From positions 20,449 to 84,448 of the forward strand of contig JAEUSQ010000059.1 of assembly GCA_016788705.1 (NCBI GenBank): a DNA stretch of 64,000 nt, read 5' to 3'. Below are positions 33,223-42,913 of this stretch, one piece after another. Made by a program: the position numbers and the translations under genes. This DNA comes from Bacteroidota Order II. bacterium (GTDB lineage Bacteria > Bacteroidota > Rhodothermia > Rhodothermales > UBA2364). Position 1 is the first letter of the stretch. Each line of letters begins with the position of its first letter. Under the pieces are notes generated by a model. It did not search any database, was not told the DNA's origin, and saw only the letters and a list, made by a program, of their open reading frames with translations.

Positions 33223-33825
33223 TTGCGTGTAACAAAATCCTATACCGAAGACCCTAACTATCTCGAATTGCTTCGCCAGAAAGACGAAAGGGTACTAACA
33301 CAAATGGTTCTGGAAGAAACGCCCAAGCTATATCGCTGTATTGCCCGCTTGGTACGAGACCCAGACGAGGTACAAAATTTGGTACAAGAAACATTCCTTC
33401 AAGCACTCCGAAAAGTAGAAAAATTCAGGGGCGAATCGCTGTTGTCCACTTGGCTTTGTGCAATTGGCATTAATTTGGCACGTGTAAGCCTCCGCAGATC
33501 CAGCCGTACCAACGTCATGGACGAGGCCGATATAGAGGCTCTCCAGCCCCGTTTTGATGCAGACGGACACACAATAGCGGCCTACCCTCTTTGGCATCCA
33601 GAGCAGGGGCTAATGCGAAAGGAGCAAATCCGTATTTTACACGAAGCCATAGAACGGCTACCAGAGGACTACCGTCTTGCCATCACCTTGCGCGACCTTG
33701 AAGAACTACCAATGGAGGAAGTGGCCCGGATGTTGGAAATCACGGAAGGAAACTTACGGGTTCGCTTGCACCGCGCCCGAAATGCCCTTCGCAACCTGCT
33801 AATCCATCATGATACAAACACTTAA
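33223..33825 (+). CDS. ECF-type RNA polymerase sigma-70 family factor
   Basis: Region 2: DPDEVQNLVQETFLQALRKVEKFRGESLLSTWLCAIGINLA. Region 4: LPEDYRLAITLRDLEELPMEEVARMLEITEGNLRVRLHRARNALR. The track start is TTG and the exact start is uncertain. Confidence 0.85.
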   Translation: MRVTKSYTEDPNYLELLRQKDERVLTQMVLEETPKLYRCIARLVRDPDEVQNLVQETFLQALRKVEKFRGESLLSTWLCAIGINLARVSLRRSSRTNVMDEADIEALQPRFDADGHTIAAYPLWHPEQGLMRKEQIRILHEAIERLPEDYRLAITLRDLEELPMEEVARMLEITEGNLRVRLHRARNALRNLLIHHDTNT

Positions 33826-34084
33826 GTACTGGCTTGGCCTTAATCTGAGCTGTAAAGAAGCCCATCAATTTCTGACCGATTATATAGAAAACGCCCTTGA
33901 TGAGGATTTGAAGTGGCGATTTGAACAACATATGCGTATATGTCGGAACTGTCGAGTATATCTGGCGCAATACAAAGCTGTCGTTGCGTTGCTGCACGAC
34001 CCTTCGCCCCCACAACCACAGCCGGAGTTAGTGGCGCATACCCTCTCTTTTTTAAAAAAGGAACTTCACAAGTCGGCTTCCTGA
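33809..34084 (+). CDS. Soluble zinc-binding (ZAS, zf-HC2) anti-sigma factor
   Basis: 91 aa, overlapping the sigma gene by 17 nt. C15-x25-H41-x3-C45-x2-C48 (SCKEAH...EQHMRICRNC) fits the ZAS signature (H/C)x23-26HxxxCxxC. No TM segment. Confidence 0.7.
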   Translation: MIQTLKYWLGLNLSCKEAHQFLTDYIENALDEDLKWRFEQHMRICRNCRVYLAQYKAVVALLHDPSPPQPQPELVAHTLSFLKKELHKSAS

Positions 34085-34100
34085 TTCCAAGAACATTTCA

Positions 34101-36494
34101 TCAGAACCTAAAAGCATAGGCAATAGACGGAATGATCGGAAATAAACTGGCCTGTCGGAAGGATTTGCGGAGGGTAACGGGGTCTTCCCCTTCATAGATA
34201 AAGAAGGCATTTTTTCGATTATATACATTGTAGAAGCTGGCAGAAATTGTTCGCGACAGGCTTCCCATACCTTTTATTTTCAAATCTTTATTAAAATTCG
34301 CTCCCAAATCCATCCGGTGATAGGGCGACATCCGGTAGCCATTTCTACTACCATAATACGTATAAAGCGTACCACTCTCCCATGGCCTATTTGCGCCAGC
34401 TACCTGAGAGATCGCTAGTGTAAGGGCATTCCCTGTACCATAAACCCAAGTACCCGAAAACTCAATATGAGCAGTTAGCTTGTGTTGTAGCATCAAAACC
34501 ACATCATGTAGGCGATCGTAGCGGTATGGGAAGGGCTTTCCCTCATTTAAGTCTTTAAACGTTCTGGTGCTACGAGCCAAAGAATATCCTACCCAACCCA
34601 TTGTTCTCCCGGATGTTTTTTGCAAAAAGAACTCAATGCCACGGGAAAGTCCGTTGCCGGATGCCACTTTTTCCTGCCAATCTAAGGCGGGTTGGTTGAC
34701 GAAGTTGGCACCGGGCTTATACTCCACAATGCCTTTCATCGGTTTATAATACGCCTCGATTGTTGCTTCCCAGCCGCTCCACTCGCGGACCACGCCAATC
34801 GCGGATTGTGTGGCCTCGGAGGGCGGCACCTTTTCTGTTGCAGGAAGCCACAAATCGGTCGGCAAGCCAATACTACTGGTTGTAAGCAGATGCAGGGGCT
34901 GTTGCACCTGTGCAAAGGAGGCCTTCAGGGCATATGGTCCCACCTTCAACCGCGCCGAAATCCGTGGTTGTATCGAAAAAAAGCCTTGCTTATCCACCCA
35001 GTATCCTGCCATATGCACACCGCCATTGATGCGTAGTTTTTCCGAGACCTGCCAGTCATCCTCTGCGAAAAGGGCGGTTTCGGTACTAAAGATTTTTTCG
35101 GCCTGTGGTTTAAATTCCGTTTCAAATGGAGAAGAGGTCCCTTCCTGAATCGAAACTTGGGCAACGGCAGGAACAAAGCGATGACGGGTAGCCACTGCAC
35201 CAAACCGAATGGCATGACGCGGATGAACCGACCAATCCCAGTCTGTTTTAAGCCGCCAATCCCGAATACCGGAAGAATACTGCGCAGCGTATGCATTAAG
35301 GTTTTGTGGCGTCTGGAGTGCGTAGTCCGACTCGGCATATTCCGCATTTAGTACATACTGGCTTAGCGAAATGGCTGTATTGGCAAACAATCTGTTGTTA
35401 AAAAGATGATTCCATCGGAAGGAGGCAGCCACGTTGCCCCAATCCATTCCTACTTGCAGACGAGTTTCATTTCTTCGTTGGTTAAACAGTTGTTTTTGAT
35501 CGAGATGGAAGGCATCTTTCCCACTATACCAACTCATAAATAAGCGGTCTTTGGACGAGGGAATCCAATTCCACTTGGCATTCAGATCATAAAAATAATA
35601 ACCACTTTCCACCTCTCGATCAGCATCATCGGCGGATAGTCTCCTAAGTATTGGGCGTGCCAAGGCGTCTATATAGGTGCGCCGCACCGAAACAAAAAGG
35701 CTCATTTTATCCCGTAGAATAGGCCCTTGCACCGCCCATTTTGCCGCGACAATGCCCAGCGAACCCTCCGTTTTCCACTCTCGCAGGTGGCCTTCTCTAA
35801 GGGCAATATCTACCACCGATGACAAACGGCCGCCATACCTTGCAGGAAATCCTCCTTTTGAAAGCGTAACTGATTGGATCGCGTCGGAATTGAATACCGA
35901 AAAAAAACCAAATAAGTGACTAACATTATACACTGGCGTGTCATCTACCAGAATGAGGTTCTGATCAGGCCCTCCGCCACGCACATACAACCCTGTACTG
36001 CCCTCGGAGCCAGACTGTACGCCGGGCATCAGTTGCAGCACCTTGATAACATCCGTTTCGCCCATCAATGCCGGAAGAGCCTTAATTTGATGTATCGGAA
36101 TCTCGATAGTGCTTGTTTCGGTGGCTTCCACACCAGAACAGCGTTGTGTCGTGATTTCTACACTACCAGAGGCCGACTCTGGCGTTAGTGTAGCCGCTAT
36201 TTGGAAATCTTTACTTGGTTTAACTGCCCAAAACCGGCTTTTATACCCTACAAAACTGATCACTAAAATCAGCGAATCCTTCGGAACCATCAAACTAAAA
36301 AAACCATACCGATTGCTCACCGTTCCTATTTTCAGCGCCTTTACGTAAACACTTGCCCCTATCAGCCGCTCACCGGAATCCGCGTCAGAGATATAGCCAC
36401 TCACCACAACCCGATCTTGTGCCTGTATTCCTTCTACCCCAAGACATAGGAAGCATAGGATCAACAAACAGAAAGGCAAACGTGGATTGGACAT
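34101..36494 (-). CDS. TonB-dependent outer-membrane receptor (CarboxypepD_reg + plug + barrel)
   Basis: Signal peptide MSNPRLPFCLLILCFLCLGVEGIQAQ from the ATG at 36494 (the track start at 36608 would overlap aroA). VVSGYISDADSGERLIGASVYV...; plug ALMGETDVIKVLQLMPGVQSGSEGSTGLYVRGGGPDQNLILVDD; C-terminal IPSIAYAFRF (terminal Phe). Confidence 0.85.
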   Translation of the reverse strand: MSNPRLPFCLLILCFLCLGVEGIQAQDRVVVSGYISDADSGERLIGASVYVKALKIGTVSNRYGFFSLMVPKDSLILVISFVGYKSRFWAVKPSKDFQIAATLTPESASGSVEITTQRCSGVEATETSTIEIPIHQIKALPALMGETDVIKVLQLMPGVQSGSEGSTGLYVRGGGPDQNLILVDDTPVYNVSHLFGFFSVFNSDAIQSVTLSKGGFPARYGGRLSSVVDIALREGHLREWKTEGSLGIVAAKWAVQGPILRDKMSLFVSVRRTYIDALARPILRRLSADDADREVESGYYFYDLNAKWNWIPSSKDRLFMSWYSGKDAFHLDQKQLFNQRRNETRLQVGMDWGNVAASFRWNHLFNNRLFANTAISLSQYVLNAEYAESDYALQTPQNLNAYAAQYSSGIRDWRLKTDWDWSVHPRHAIRFGAVATRHRFVPAVAQVSIQEGTSSPFETEFKPQAEKIFSTETALFAEDDWQVSEKLRINGGVHMAGYWVDKQGFFSIQPRISARLKVGPYALKASFAQVQQPLHLLTTSSIGLPTDLWLPATEKVPPSEATQSAIGVVREWSGWEATIEAYYKPMKGIVEYKPGANFVNQPALDWQEKVASGNGLSRGIEFFLQKTSGRTMGWVGYSLARSTRTFKDLNEGKPFPYRYDRLHDVVLMLQHKLTAHIEFSGTWVYGTGNALTLAISQVAGANRPWESGTLYTYYGSRNGYRMSPYHRMDLGANFNKDLKIKGMGSLSRTISASFYNVYNRKNAFFIYEGEDPVTLRKSFRQASLFPIIPSIAYAFRF

Positions 36495-36504
36495 AAGATC
36501 AATG

Positions 36505-37767
36505 CTATTTTTGTATATGTGCAAGTTGCTCCCAAAAATCGGGAAACGAGATAGCAGCATGGTGAGCTTCCAAAACCTCGGTAGGGCCATCCGCAACGAA
36601 AGCGGCAATGCCCATGCTCATCGCAATACGGTGATCCAGAAAGGTTTCCACGGTCGTACCGTTCAGTTTGGTCCCACCCGTTATGCGCATCCCGTCTGGC
36701 CATTCCTCTACTACGGCCCCCAATTTGCGAAGGTTTATGACCATGGCCGCAATCCGGTCTGTTTCTTTTACCCGTAATTCTTCGGCGCCGCGAATTTCGG
36801 TGATGCCCTCGGCCTGTGTAGCAGCAACAGCGAGGATGGGAATTTCATCTATTATATTGGCAATAACGGCTCCATCAAGAGCAATTCCGCGCAGTTTGGC
36901 CGTGCGAATCCGCATATCGGCAACAGGCTCACCGCTTGTTTCCCGCTCATTTTCCAAGACAATATCCGCCCCCATTTGTCGCAAAACGCCCAACAATCCG
37001 GTTCTAGACGGATTTAGCCCCACTTGTGGCAAGCGCAACTCGCTATCGGGCACAATAGAAGCAGCCACCATGAAAAAGGCCGCCGCCGAGAAGTCACGGG
37101 GAATATGGTATGTCTGCGCCAGAATGGGCCGCCCACCTTGCACCCTCAGCACCCCATGGTTATTCTGGATTCCCAACATACGCTCGGTGTGATCACGAGT
37201 GGGCACTTTTTCCACCACTTCCGTCTGACCCTCCGCAAATAATCCCGCTAACAATACACAACTCTTAACCTGAGCCGACGCCACGGGCATTTCGTAACGA
37301 ATACCGCGCAATGCCGGATTTCCCTTGATATAAATCGGGGCATGGCCATCGGTCAGTTCAATTTGTGCGCCCATTTCTCTCAATGGATTCGCAACTCGTG
37401 CCATCGGGCGGCGAGACAGGGACGCATCCCCTACTAGTACCGACTCGAATGGCTGTCCTGCCAAAACGCCCGCCAAAAACCGCATGGCCGTCCCGGAATT
37501 GCCGCAGTCTAATGGGGCCTCCGGCTTTTTAAGCCCACTCAGCCCATTGCCATGTACGATAATCGCTCCATCGGGCATGTGCACTACTTTTATGCCCAAT
37601 TGCCGGATACAAGAGAGCATAGACTGCGGATCTGCGGCGGTGGCGTAGCCGTGGAGGGTGGAAACCCCTTCTCCAAGAGCTGCAAAAAGGGCTGCCCGCT
37701 GCGAAACAGACTTGTCAGCGGGTAGCCAGACTTCCCCCTTTAAAGCATGTGCAGGAAATAATTTCAT
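36505..37767 (-). CDS. aroA: 3-phosphoshikimate 1-carboxyvinyltransferase (EPSP synthase)
   Basis: LPADKSVSQRAALFAAL, LDCGNSGTAMRFLAGVLAG, GDASLSRRPM, RVKETDRIAAMV, DHRIAMS. Confidence 0.9.
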   Translation of the reverse strand: MKLFPAHALKGEVWLPADKSVSQRAALFAALGEGVSTLHGYATAADPQSMLSCIRQLGIKVVHMPDGAIIVHGNGLSGLKKPEAPLDCGNSGTAMRFLAGVLAGQPFESVLVGDASLSRRPMARVANPLREMGAQIELTDGHAPIYIKGNPALRGIRYEMPVASAQVKSCVLLAGLFAEGQTEVVEKVPTRDHTERMLGIQNNHGVLRVQGGRPILAQTYHIPRDFSAAAFFMVAASIVPDSELRLPQVGLNPSRTGLLGVLRQMGADIVLENERETSGEPVADMRIRTAKLRGIALDGAVIANIIDEIPILAVAATQAEGITEIRGAEELRVKETDRIAAMVINLRKLGAVVEEWPDGMRITGGTKLNGTTVETFLDHRIAMSMGIAAFVADGPTEVLEAHHAAISFPDFWEQLAHIQK

Positions 37768-38022
37768 AGCCTTAATAATTATTTTTATTACTCTTAAGCA
37801 AATCTTGATTCCTCTACTAAAGACCCTCCCTTCCCAAAATACAATACCCGCAAACCTTCGGGCGTTTGCACACAGAACGAGGAACTATTGTAGCCGATTC
37901 TAAGGTGAGGGGGCTTGAAGTTTCCGCCAATAATGAAACCTCCAAAATTCCACTGGAACAGAAACTAAAATGGTTACACTGCGTCCTACCGTTTCTTTTT
38001 ATCACTATTCTATTTGCGTTTT

Positions 38023-39729
38023 ATGAAAAAATATTTCCACTCACTATGTTTGCTCGTTTTGTTTGCCGGAGGAATGGTTCAAGCCCAAGCACCAGCAAAT
38101 TGGTACAATTTAGATCCTGAAACGGATAAAGTACCCGGCGTATCAACCGAGAGAATGTATCAAGAGTTACTCAAAGGCCGTACAGGTAAGACCGTTGTGG
38201 TTGCTGTGATAGACTCTGGCGTGGATGTAAGCCACGAGGATTTAAAGTCCGTGCTCTGGGTCAATACAAAAGAAATCCCCGGAAACGGTAAAGATGACGA
38301 TGAAAATGGCTATGTGGATGACGTACATGGCTGGAGTTTTTTGGGCGGAAAAGACGGACGCAATGTGCATCACGACACAGGCGAAATAACCCGTTTTGTG
38401 GTTGCCCTAAGTGGTAAGTGTGCGAGTGCAGACGTAGCCACCCTTCAGGGGAAAGATAAGGTTGATTGTGAACGCTACGCCGCTGCCAAGTCCGAGATTA
38501 ACGACAAACGTACCGAAGCACAAAGCCAACTTTCTCAGATTGAGATGACCAAGACCATGGTTTCTAACACCATGTCCACACTAAAACGCCTCTTGGGCAA
38601 TACCCCCCCTACGCCCGAAAATGTCTTGGCCCTCAAACCGGAAGCAAAAGACAAACAATTTGTGAGTATCGGGCAGAACATCGTCGAGAATTTAGCGGGC
38701 GCAGGAAAAGCATATCAAACGGTTGACGAAATGCAAGCCTTTATTGATGCAGACCTTCAAGAGGGCTATGATTATTTTAATGAACGTGCCCATTACTTTT
38801 ACAACTTAGAATTTGATTCTCGCAGCATTGTCGGAGACGACCCCAACAACCTGAATGAACGCGGTTATGGCAATAACGATTATCAAGGCCCAGATGCCGA
38901 ACACGGTACGCACGTAGCTGGTATTATCGCTGCAGACCGTGCCAACAACCTCGGCATCAAAGGTGTAGCGGATAACGTCAGAATCATGGTTCTACGTGCC
39001 GTGCCCAATGGCGATGAGCGCGACAAAGACATTGCCAATGCCATTTATTATGCCGTGGATAATGGCGCCAGTATTATTAATATGAGTTTTGGAAAAGACT
39101 TTTCACCCCAAAAAGAAGCGGTGGATAAGGCCATCCAATACGCCGAATCCAAAGACGTACTGATTGTACATGCAGCGGGAAATGACGGTGTCAATATTGA
39201 CGAAACCCCAAATTTTCCGGCTGATTGGTTTGGCCCGGACGATTCCAAAGACCGCTCCCGCCGTCCGAAGAATATGATCGAAGTGGGGGCCTCTAACTGG
39301 GAAGGTGGGACAAATGCCCTTGCTTCTTTCTCAAATTTTGGCAAAACAGAAGTGGATGTATTTGCACCGGGAGTGGACATCTATGCCACCATCCCCGGAT
39401 CCAAATACAAAGAAATCAGTGGTACTTCTATGGCAGCTCCTGTTACTTCGGGCGTTGCTGCTGTATTACGCTCCTACTTCCCGAATCTTACGGCAGCACA
39501 AATAAAATTGCTCATCATGGATACTGCTACCAAGTCCAAAAAAATGGTTATTAAACCCGGAACCGAAGACGAGATGGTAACGCTTTCTGAAATTTCGGTA
39601 ACAGGGGGCTATGTAAACGCGTTTGAAGCGGTCAAAAAAGCCCTCTCAATGGAACAAGGCCCTAAAACCAAACCAGCACCAAAGCCCAAGAACAAACCGT
39701 TGCCAAAGCCTAAAAAACCACGTGGCTAA
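38023..39729 (+). CDS. Secreted S8 (subtilisin-family) serine peptidase with a large Asp-to-His insertion and a Lys/Pro-rich C-terminal tail
   Basis: Catalytic triad contexts VAVIDSGVD, HGTHVAGIIAA, SGTSMAAPVTSG. Signal peptide MKKYFHSLCLLVLFAGGMVQAQA. Tail GPKTKPAPKPKNKPLPKPKKPRG. I prefer the ATG at 38023 over the TTG at 38014. Confidence 0.9.
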   Translation: MKKYFHSLCLLVLFAGGMVQAQAPANWYNLDPETDKVPGVSTERMYQELLKGRTGKTVVVAVIDSGVDVSHEDLKSVLWVNTKEIPGNGKDDDENGYVDDVHGWSFLGGKDGRNVHHDTGEITRFVVALSGKCASADVATLQGKDKVDCERYAAAKSEINDKRTEAQSQLSQIEMTKTMVSNTMSTLKRLLGNTPPTPENVLALKPEAKDKQFVSIGQNIVENLAGAGKAYQTVDEMQAFIDADLQEGYDYFNERAHYFYNLEFDSRSIVGDDPNNLNERGYGNNDYQGPDAEHGTHVAGIIAADRANNLGIKGVADNVRIMVLRAVPNGDERDKDIANAIYYAVDNGASIINMSFGKDFSPQKEAVDKAIQYAESKDVLIVHAAGNDGVNIDETPNFPADWFGPDDSKDRSRRPKNMIEVGASNWEGGTNALASFSNFGKTEVDVFAPGVDIYATIPGSKYKEISGTSMAAPVTSGVAAVLRSYFPNLTAAQIKLLIMDTATKSKKMVIKPGTEDEMVTLSEISVTGGYVNAFEAVKKALSMEQGPKTKPAPKPKNKPLPKPKKPRG

Positions 39730-39747
39730 ATCATAGAAAATACCGAA

Positions 39748-39781
39748 AAGCGGCTTTGAGACCTCCGAAGCCGCTTTTTTT
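39748..39781 (+). terminator. Rho-independent terminator after the S8 peptidase
   Basis: AAGCGGCTT-tgagacctccg-AAGCCGCTT: a 9-bp perfect stem running into a T7 tract. Confidence 0.8.
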
Positions 39782-40000
39782 GTACCACGTTATAATTTCG
39801 ACCCGCTTGGAAATCCTTTAACCCTTGCCACCAGCATGTATGACGAAACGGTGAATCATTATTAGAACACGATGGACAGTACCCTAAAGAAGTGGCAGAA
39901 AATATTAGATGATTCATGAAACAATTACCGAGATTATAACATACATATGGTGCTTTGTAATATCTCAATTCTTTATTCACCATACATATAGCATCATACT

Positions 40001-42844
40001 ATGATCAAGAAAATTTGGGGTTATCTTGCCCTATCGTTGTTGATAACAGGCGCAACAGCGGTACATGCCCAAAAGCAAAAAAACAAATCAGGGGATCAGC
40101 AGCAAGTGCAGGTTCCAACTGATAAGATCCCGATGGATCCGAATATCCGTATTGGTAAATTGCCCAATGGCCTCACCTACTATATCCGAAAAAACAACAA
40201 GCCTGAAAACCGCGTAGAATTGCGCCTCGCCGTAAATGCCGGCTCCATTCTGGAGGCCGATGACCAACAAGGGCTTGCGCACTTGCTGGAACACATGGCT
40301 TTTAATGGCACTAAAAAATATAAAAAACAAGACTTAGTCAACTTCTTAGAATCCATCGGCGTGAATTTTGGTGCAGACCTGAATGCCTATACGAGTTTCG
40401 ATGAAACCGTGTATATGCTCAAAGTTCCTACCGACAAACCTGGTTTAGTAGATAAAGGAGTGGATGTTTTGCGGGAATGGGCCGGAAATATTTCCCTTGA
40501 TCCTGCTGAAGTGGACAAAGAACGTGGGGTGGTTATCGAGGAATGGCGGCTTGGTTTAGGCGCCCAAGAACGAATCCGAGACAAACAATTTCCCATACTT
40601 CTCCAAAACTCACAATATGCCAAACGCCTGCCCATCGGCAAGCCCGAAATCATCGAAAACTTTAAGCATGACCGCTTAACACAGTATTATAAAGATTGGT
40701 ACCGCCCCGACCTGATGGCGGTTGTTGTGGTGGGCGATGTGGACCCCGTCAAAATGGAAAAGGACATTCGTCGTCTTTTCGGAACGCTCAAAAATCCCAC
40801 GAAAAAAGTCCCACGAAAGTATTTTGAAGTACCCGGTCATCCGGAAACGCTGGTTTCTATCGTAAGCGACCCAGAGGCGGAATACAGACAAATTGGAATC
40901 ATCTTCAAACATCCTGCCATGAATCCCAATTCCCGTTTGGCTTACCGCGAGGGTCTGATCTCCCAACTCTGGAGCAGTATGTTAAGCACGCGCCTACAAG
41001 AAATTGCAACCAAACCGAATCCTCCTTTTGCCTTTGCTGGGGGCGGATACGGTTCTTTTGTCCGTACCAAGGATGCCTTTCAACTAAGCGCTATTGTCCC
41101 AGAAGGTAAAATGAGCAATGCCTTAGACGTACTCCTCACCGAGGCCGAGCGTATCCGTCGCCACGGTTTCTTGTCCAGCGAATTTGAACGTGAAAAGGCA
41201 GACTTATTGCGAAGTTATGAAAATAATTTTAATGAGAAAGACAAAACAGAATCTAGTGCCTTTGCAAATGAATATGTACGACATTATCTAGAAAATGAAC
41301 CCGCACCTGGTATTTCTTGGGAGTATGAGTATGTAAAACAAGCCCTTCCAGCGATTAAACTGGAAGAGGTAAATCAGTTTGCAGTACGGTATATGACCGA
41401 CCAAAACCGGGTGCTAAACGTAACCGGAAAAGAAGACGAAAACAACCCATTGCCCACAGAGGCAGAACTGTTATCGGTACTGAACGACATGAAAGGGAAG
41501 GATATTGCGCCTTATACCGACTCGGCAGCCACCGATGAGTTGTTGCCCCAACTTCCTGTAAGCGGCTCTATCACCAAATCGGAGACCGAGGCCAGCACGG
41601 GTATTATCCGCCTGACCCTCTCGAATGGTGCCAAGGTGACCCTAAAGCCCACCAATTTCAAGAACGACGAAGTGGTATTTTCAGCCACCAGTCCGGGCGG
41701 CGCCTCTTTGGTCTCTGATACAGATTACGCCTCGGTTCAACTTGGCAATCAGGTGATGGCAATGGCAGGCATTGGCAATTTCAGCATGATCGAATTGCAG
41801 AAAAAATTATCCGGTAAGGTAGCCCGTGTGGGATCGTATATAGGCAATGAGAGCGAAGGTTTGACGGGTATGGCATCCCCCAAAGACCTTGAGACCCTGT
41901 TCCAACTTATCCATTTGCGCTTTACCCAACCCCGTTTAGACGAAGCCTCCCTTAACATGTTTAAAAGCCAGTTTCAAATGTTTAAAGGCTTTTTTGCATC
42001 GCCAGACTATGTATTTCAAGACACCATCTCGGTCACAATGTCACGTTATCACCCCAGAGTCCGTCCATTTTCGTCGTTCAAAGTGGAAGAACTGAATGCG
42101 GACCGGGCGTTGGCTATCTATCGTGAACGTTTTGGCAATGCAGGTGATTTTTCATTCTACTTCGTCGGGAATTTCGAAGTAGAAAAGATCAAACCGATGA
42201 TCGCGCAATATCTGGCCAGTTTGCCCACAACCTCCATAACCGAAAAAGCAAAAGACTTGGGCATTCGCCCACCCACGGGAGTTATTGAAAAAAAAGTACT
42301 CAAGGGCAAAGAACCCAAGAGTAGCAGTGAAATTCAATTTACAGGCCCTTTTGAATGGTCTGGCAACAACCGTGTACATCTTAGTGCCTTGGGCAAAGCC
42401 ATTGAAATCCGGTTACGTGAGGAACTTCGTGAAGCCTTAAGCGGATCTTACTACGCCAATGCTTCGGGCAATGCGGTATTAGAACCCGTACCACTGTATA
42501 ACTTTAGCGTCAGCTATGCCAGTGACCCTGCCCGTGCAGACGAGCTTTATGCGGCCATGTGGCGTGTGATTGAAGAGGTACAAACGAAGGGCGTATCCGA
42601 CGAAATACTTACCAAAGTAAAAGAGGCTTATCTTCGAGACTTAGAAACGAATCTGAAAGAAAACCGTTTCTGGATGCTTCAACTCATGCGCAAAGATGAG
42701 TTAAAAGAAGATGTTGGTACGATTATTACCGGGTCTAAGGATCTGTACCAGTCTATGACATCCGCCGACCTTCAAGATGCCGCACGTCGTTACTTAAGAA
42801 AAGACAATGTAGCCCGGTTTGTTTTACTTCCGGAAAATCAATAA
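40001..42844 (+). CDS. M16 (pitrilysin/insulinase) family zinc peptidase, fused two-half (PqqL-like) form
   Basis: 947 aa. Signal peptide, inverted zinc motif HLLEHMAFNGT (HxxEH), downstream EE in VVIEEW, and a second non-catalytic M16 half. Confidence 0.9.
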   Translation: MIKKIWGYLALSLLITGATAVHAQKQKNKSGDQQQVQVPTDKIPMDPNIRIGKLPNGLTYYIRKNNKPENRVELRLAVNAGSILEADDQQGLAHLLEHMAFNGTKKYKKQDLVNFLESIGVNFGADLNAYTSFDETVYMLKVPTDKPGLVDKGVDVLREWAGNISLDPAEVDKERGVVIEEWRLGLGAQERIRDKQFPILLQNSQYAKRLPIGKPEIIENFKHDRLTQYYKDWYRPDLMAVVVVGDVDPVKMEKDIRRLFGTLKNPTKKVPRKYFEVPGHPETLVSIVSDPEAEYRQIGIIFKHPAMNPNSRLAYREGLISQLWSSMLSTRLQEIATKPNPPFAFAGGGYGSFVRTKDAFQLSAIVPEGKMSNALDVLLTEAERIRRHGFLSSEFEREKADLLRSYENNFNEKDKTESSAFANEYVRHYLENEPAPGISWEYEYVKQALPAIKLEEVNQFAVRYMTDQNRVLNVTGKEDENNPLPTEAELLSVLNDMKGKDIAPYTDSAATDELLPQLPVSGSITKSETEASTGIIRLTLSNGAKVTLKPTNFKNDEVVFSATSPGGASLVSDTDYASVQLGNQVMAMAGIGNFSMIELQKKLSGKVARVGSYIGNESEGLTGMASPKDLETLFQLIHLRFTQPRLDEASLNMFKSQFQMFKGFFASPDYVFQDTISVTMSRYHPRVRPFSSFKVEELNADRALAIYRERFGNAGDFSFYFVGNFEVEKIKPMIAQYLASLPTTSITEKAKDLGIRPPTGVIEKKVLKGKEPKSSSEIQFTGPFEWSGNNRVHLSALGKAIEIRLREELREALSGSYYANASGNAVLEPVPLYNFSVSYASDPARADELYAAMWRVIEEVQTKGVSDEILTKVKEAYLRDLETNLKENRFWMLQLMRKDELKEDVGTIITGSKDLYQSMTSADLQDAARRYLRKDNVARFVLLPENQ

Positions 42845-42866
42845 TTTAGACATAGCCCCCTTATCT

Positions 42867-42899
42867 AACCCCGCTCTTTATAGACCGGGGTTTTTCTTT
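42867..42899. terminator. Hairpin between the convergent M16 peptidase and ArsA-like genes
   Basis: AACCCCG-ctctttatagac-CGGGGTT followed by TTTCTTT on the plus strand. Confidence 0.6.
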
Positions 42900-42913
42900 G
42901 AGATCAACGCAAT

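Noticed and set aside
39726-39983. Cys-rich 85-aa minus-strand ORF between the S8 and M16 peptidase genes
   Set aside because: It overlaps the S8 terminator hairpin and the AT-rich M16 promoter region. It has no recognisable motif or ribosome-binding context and is probably spurious.
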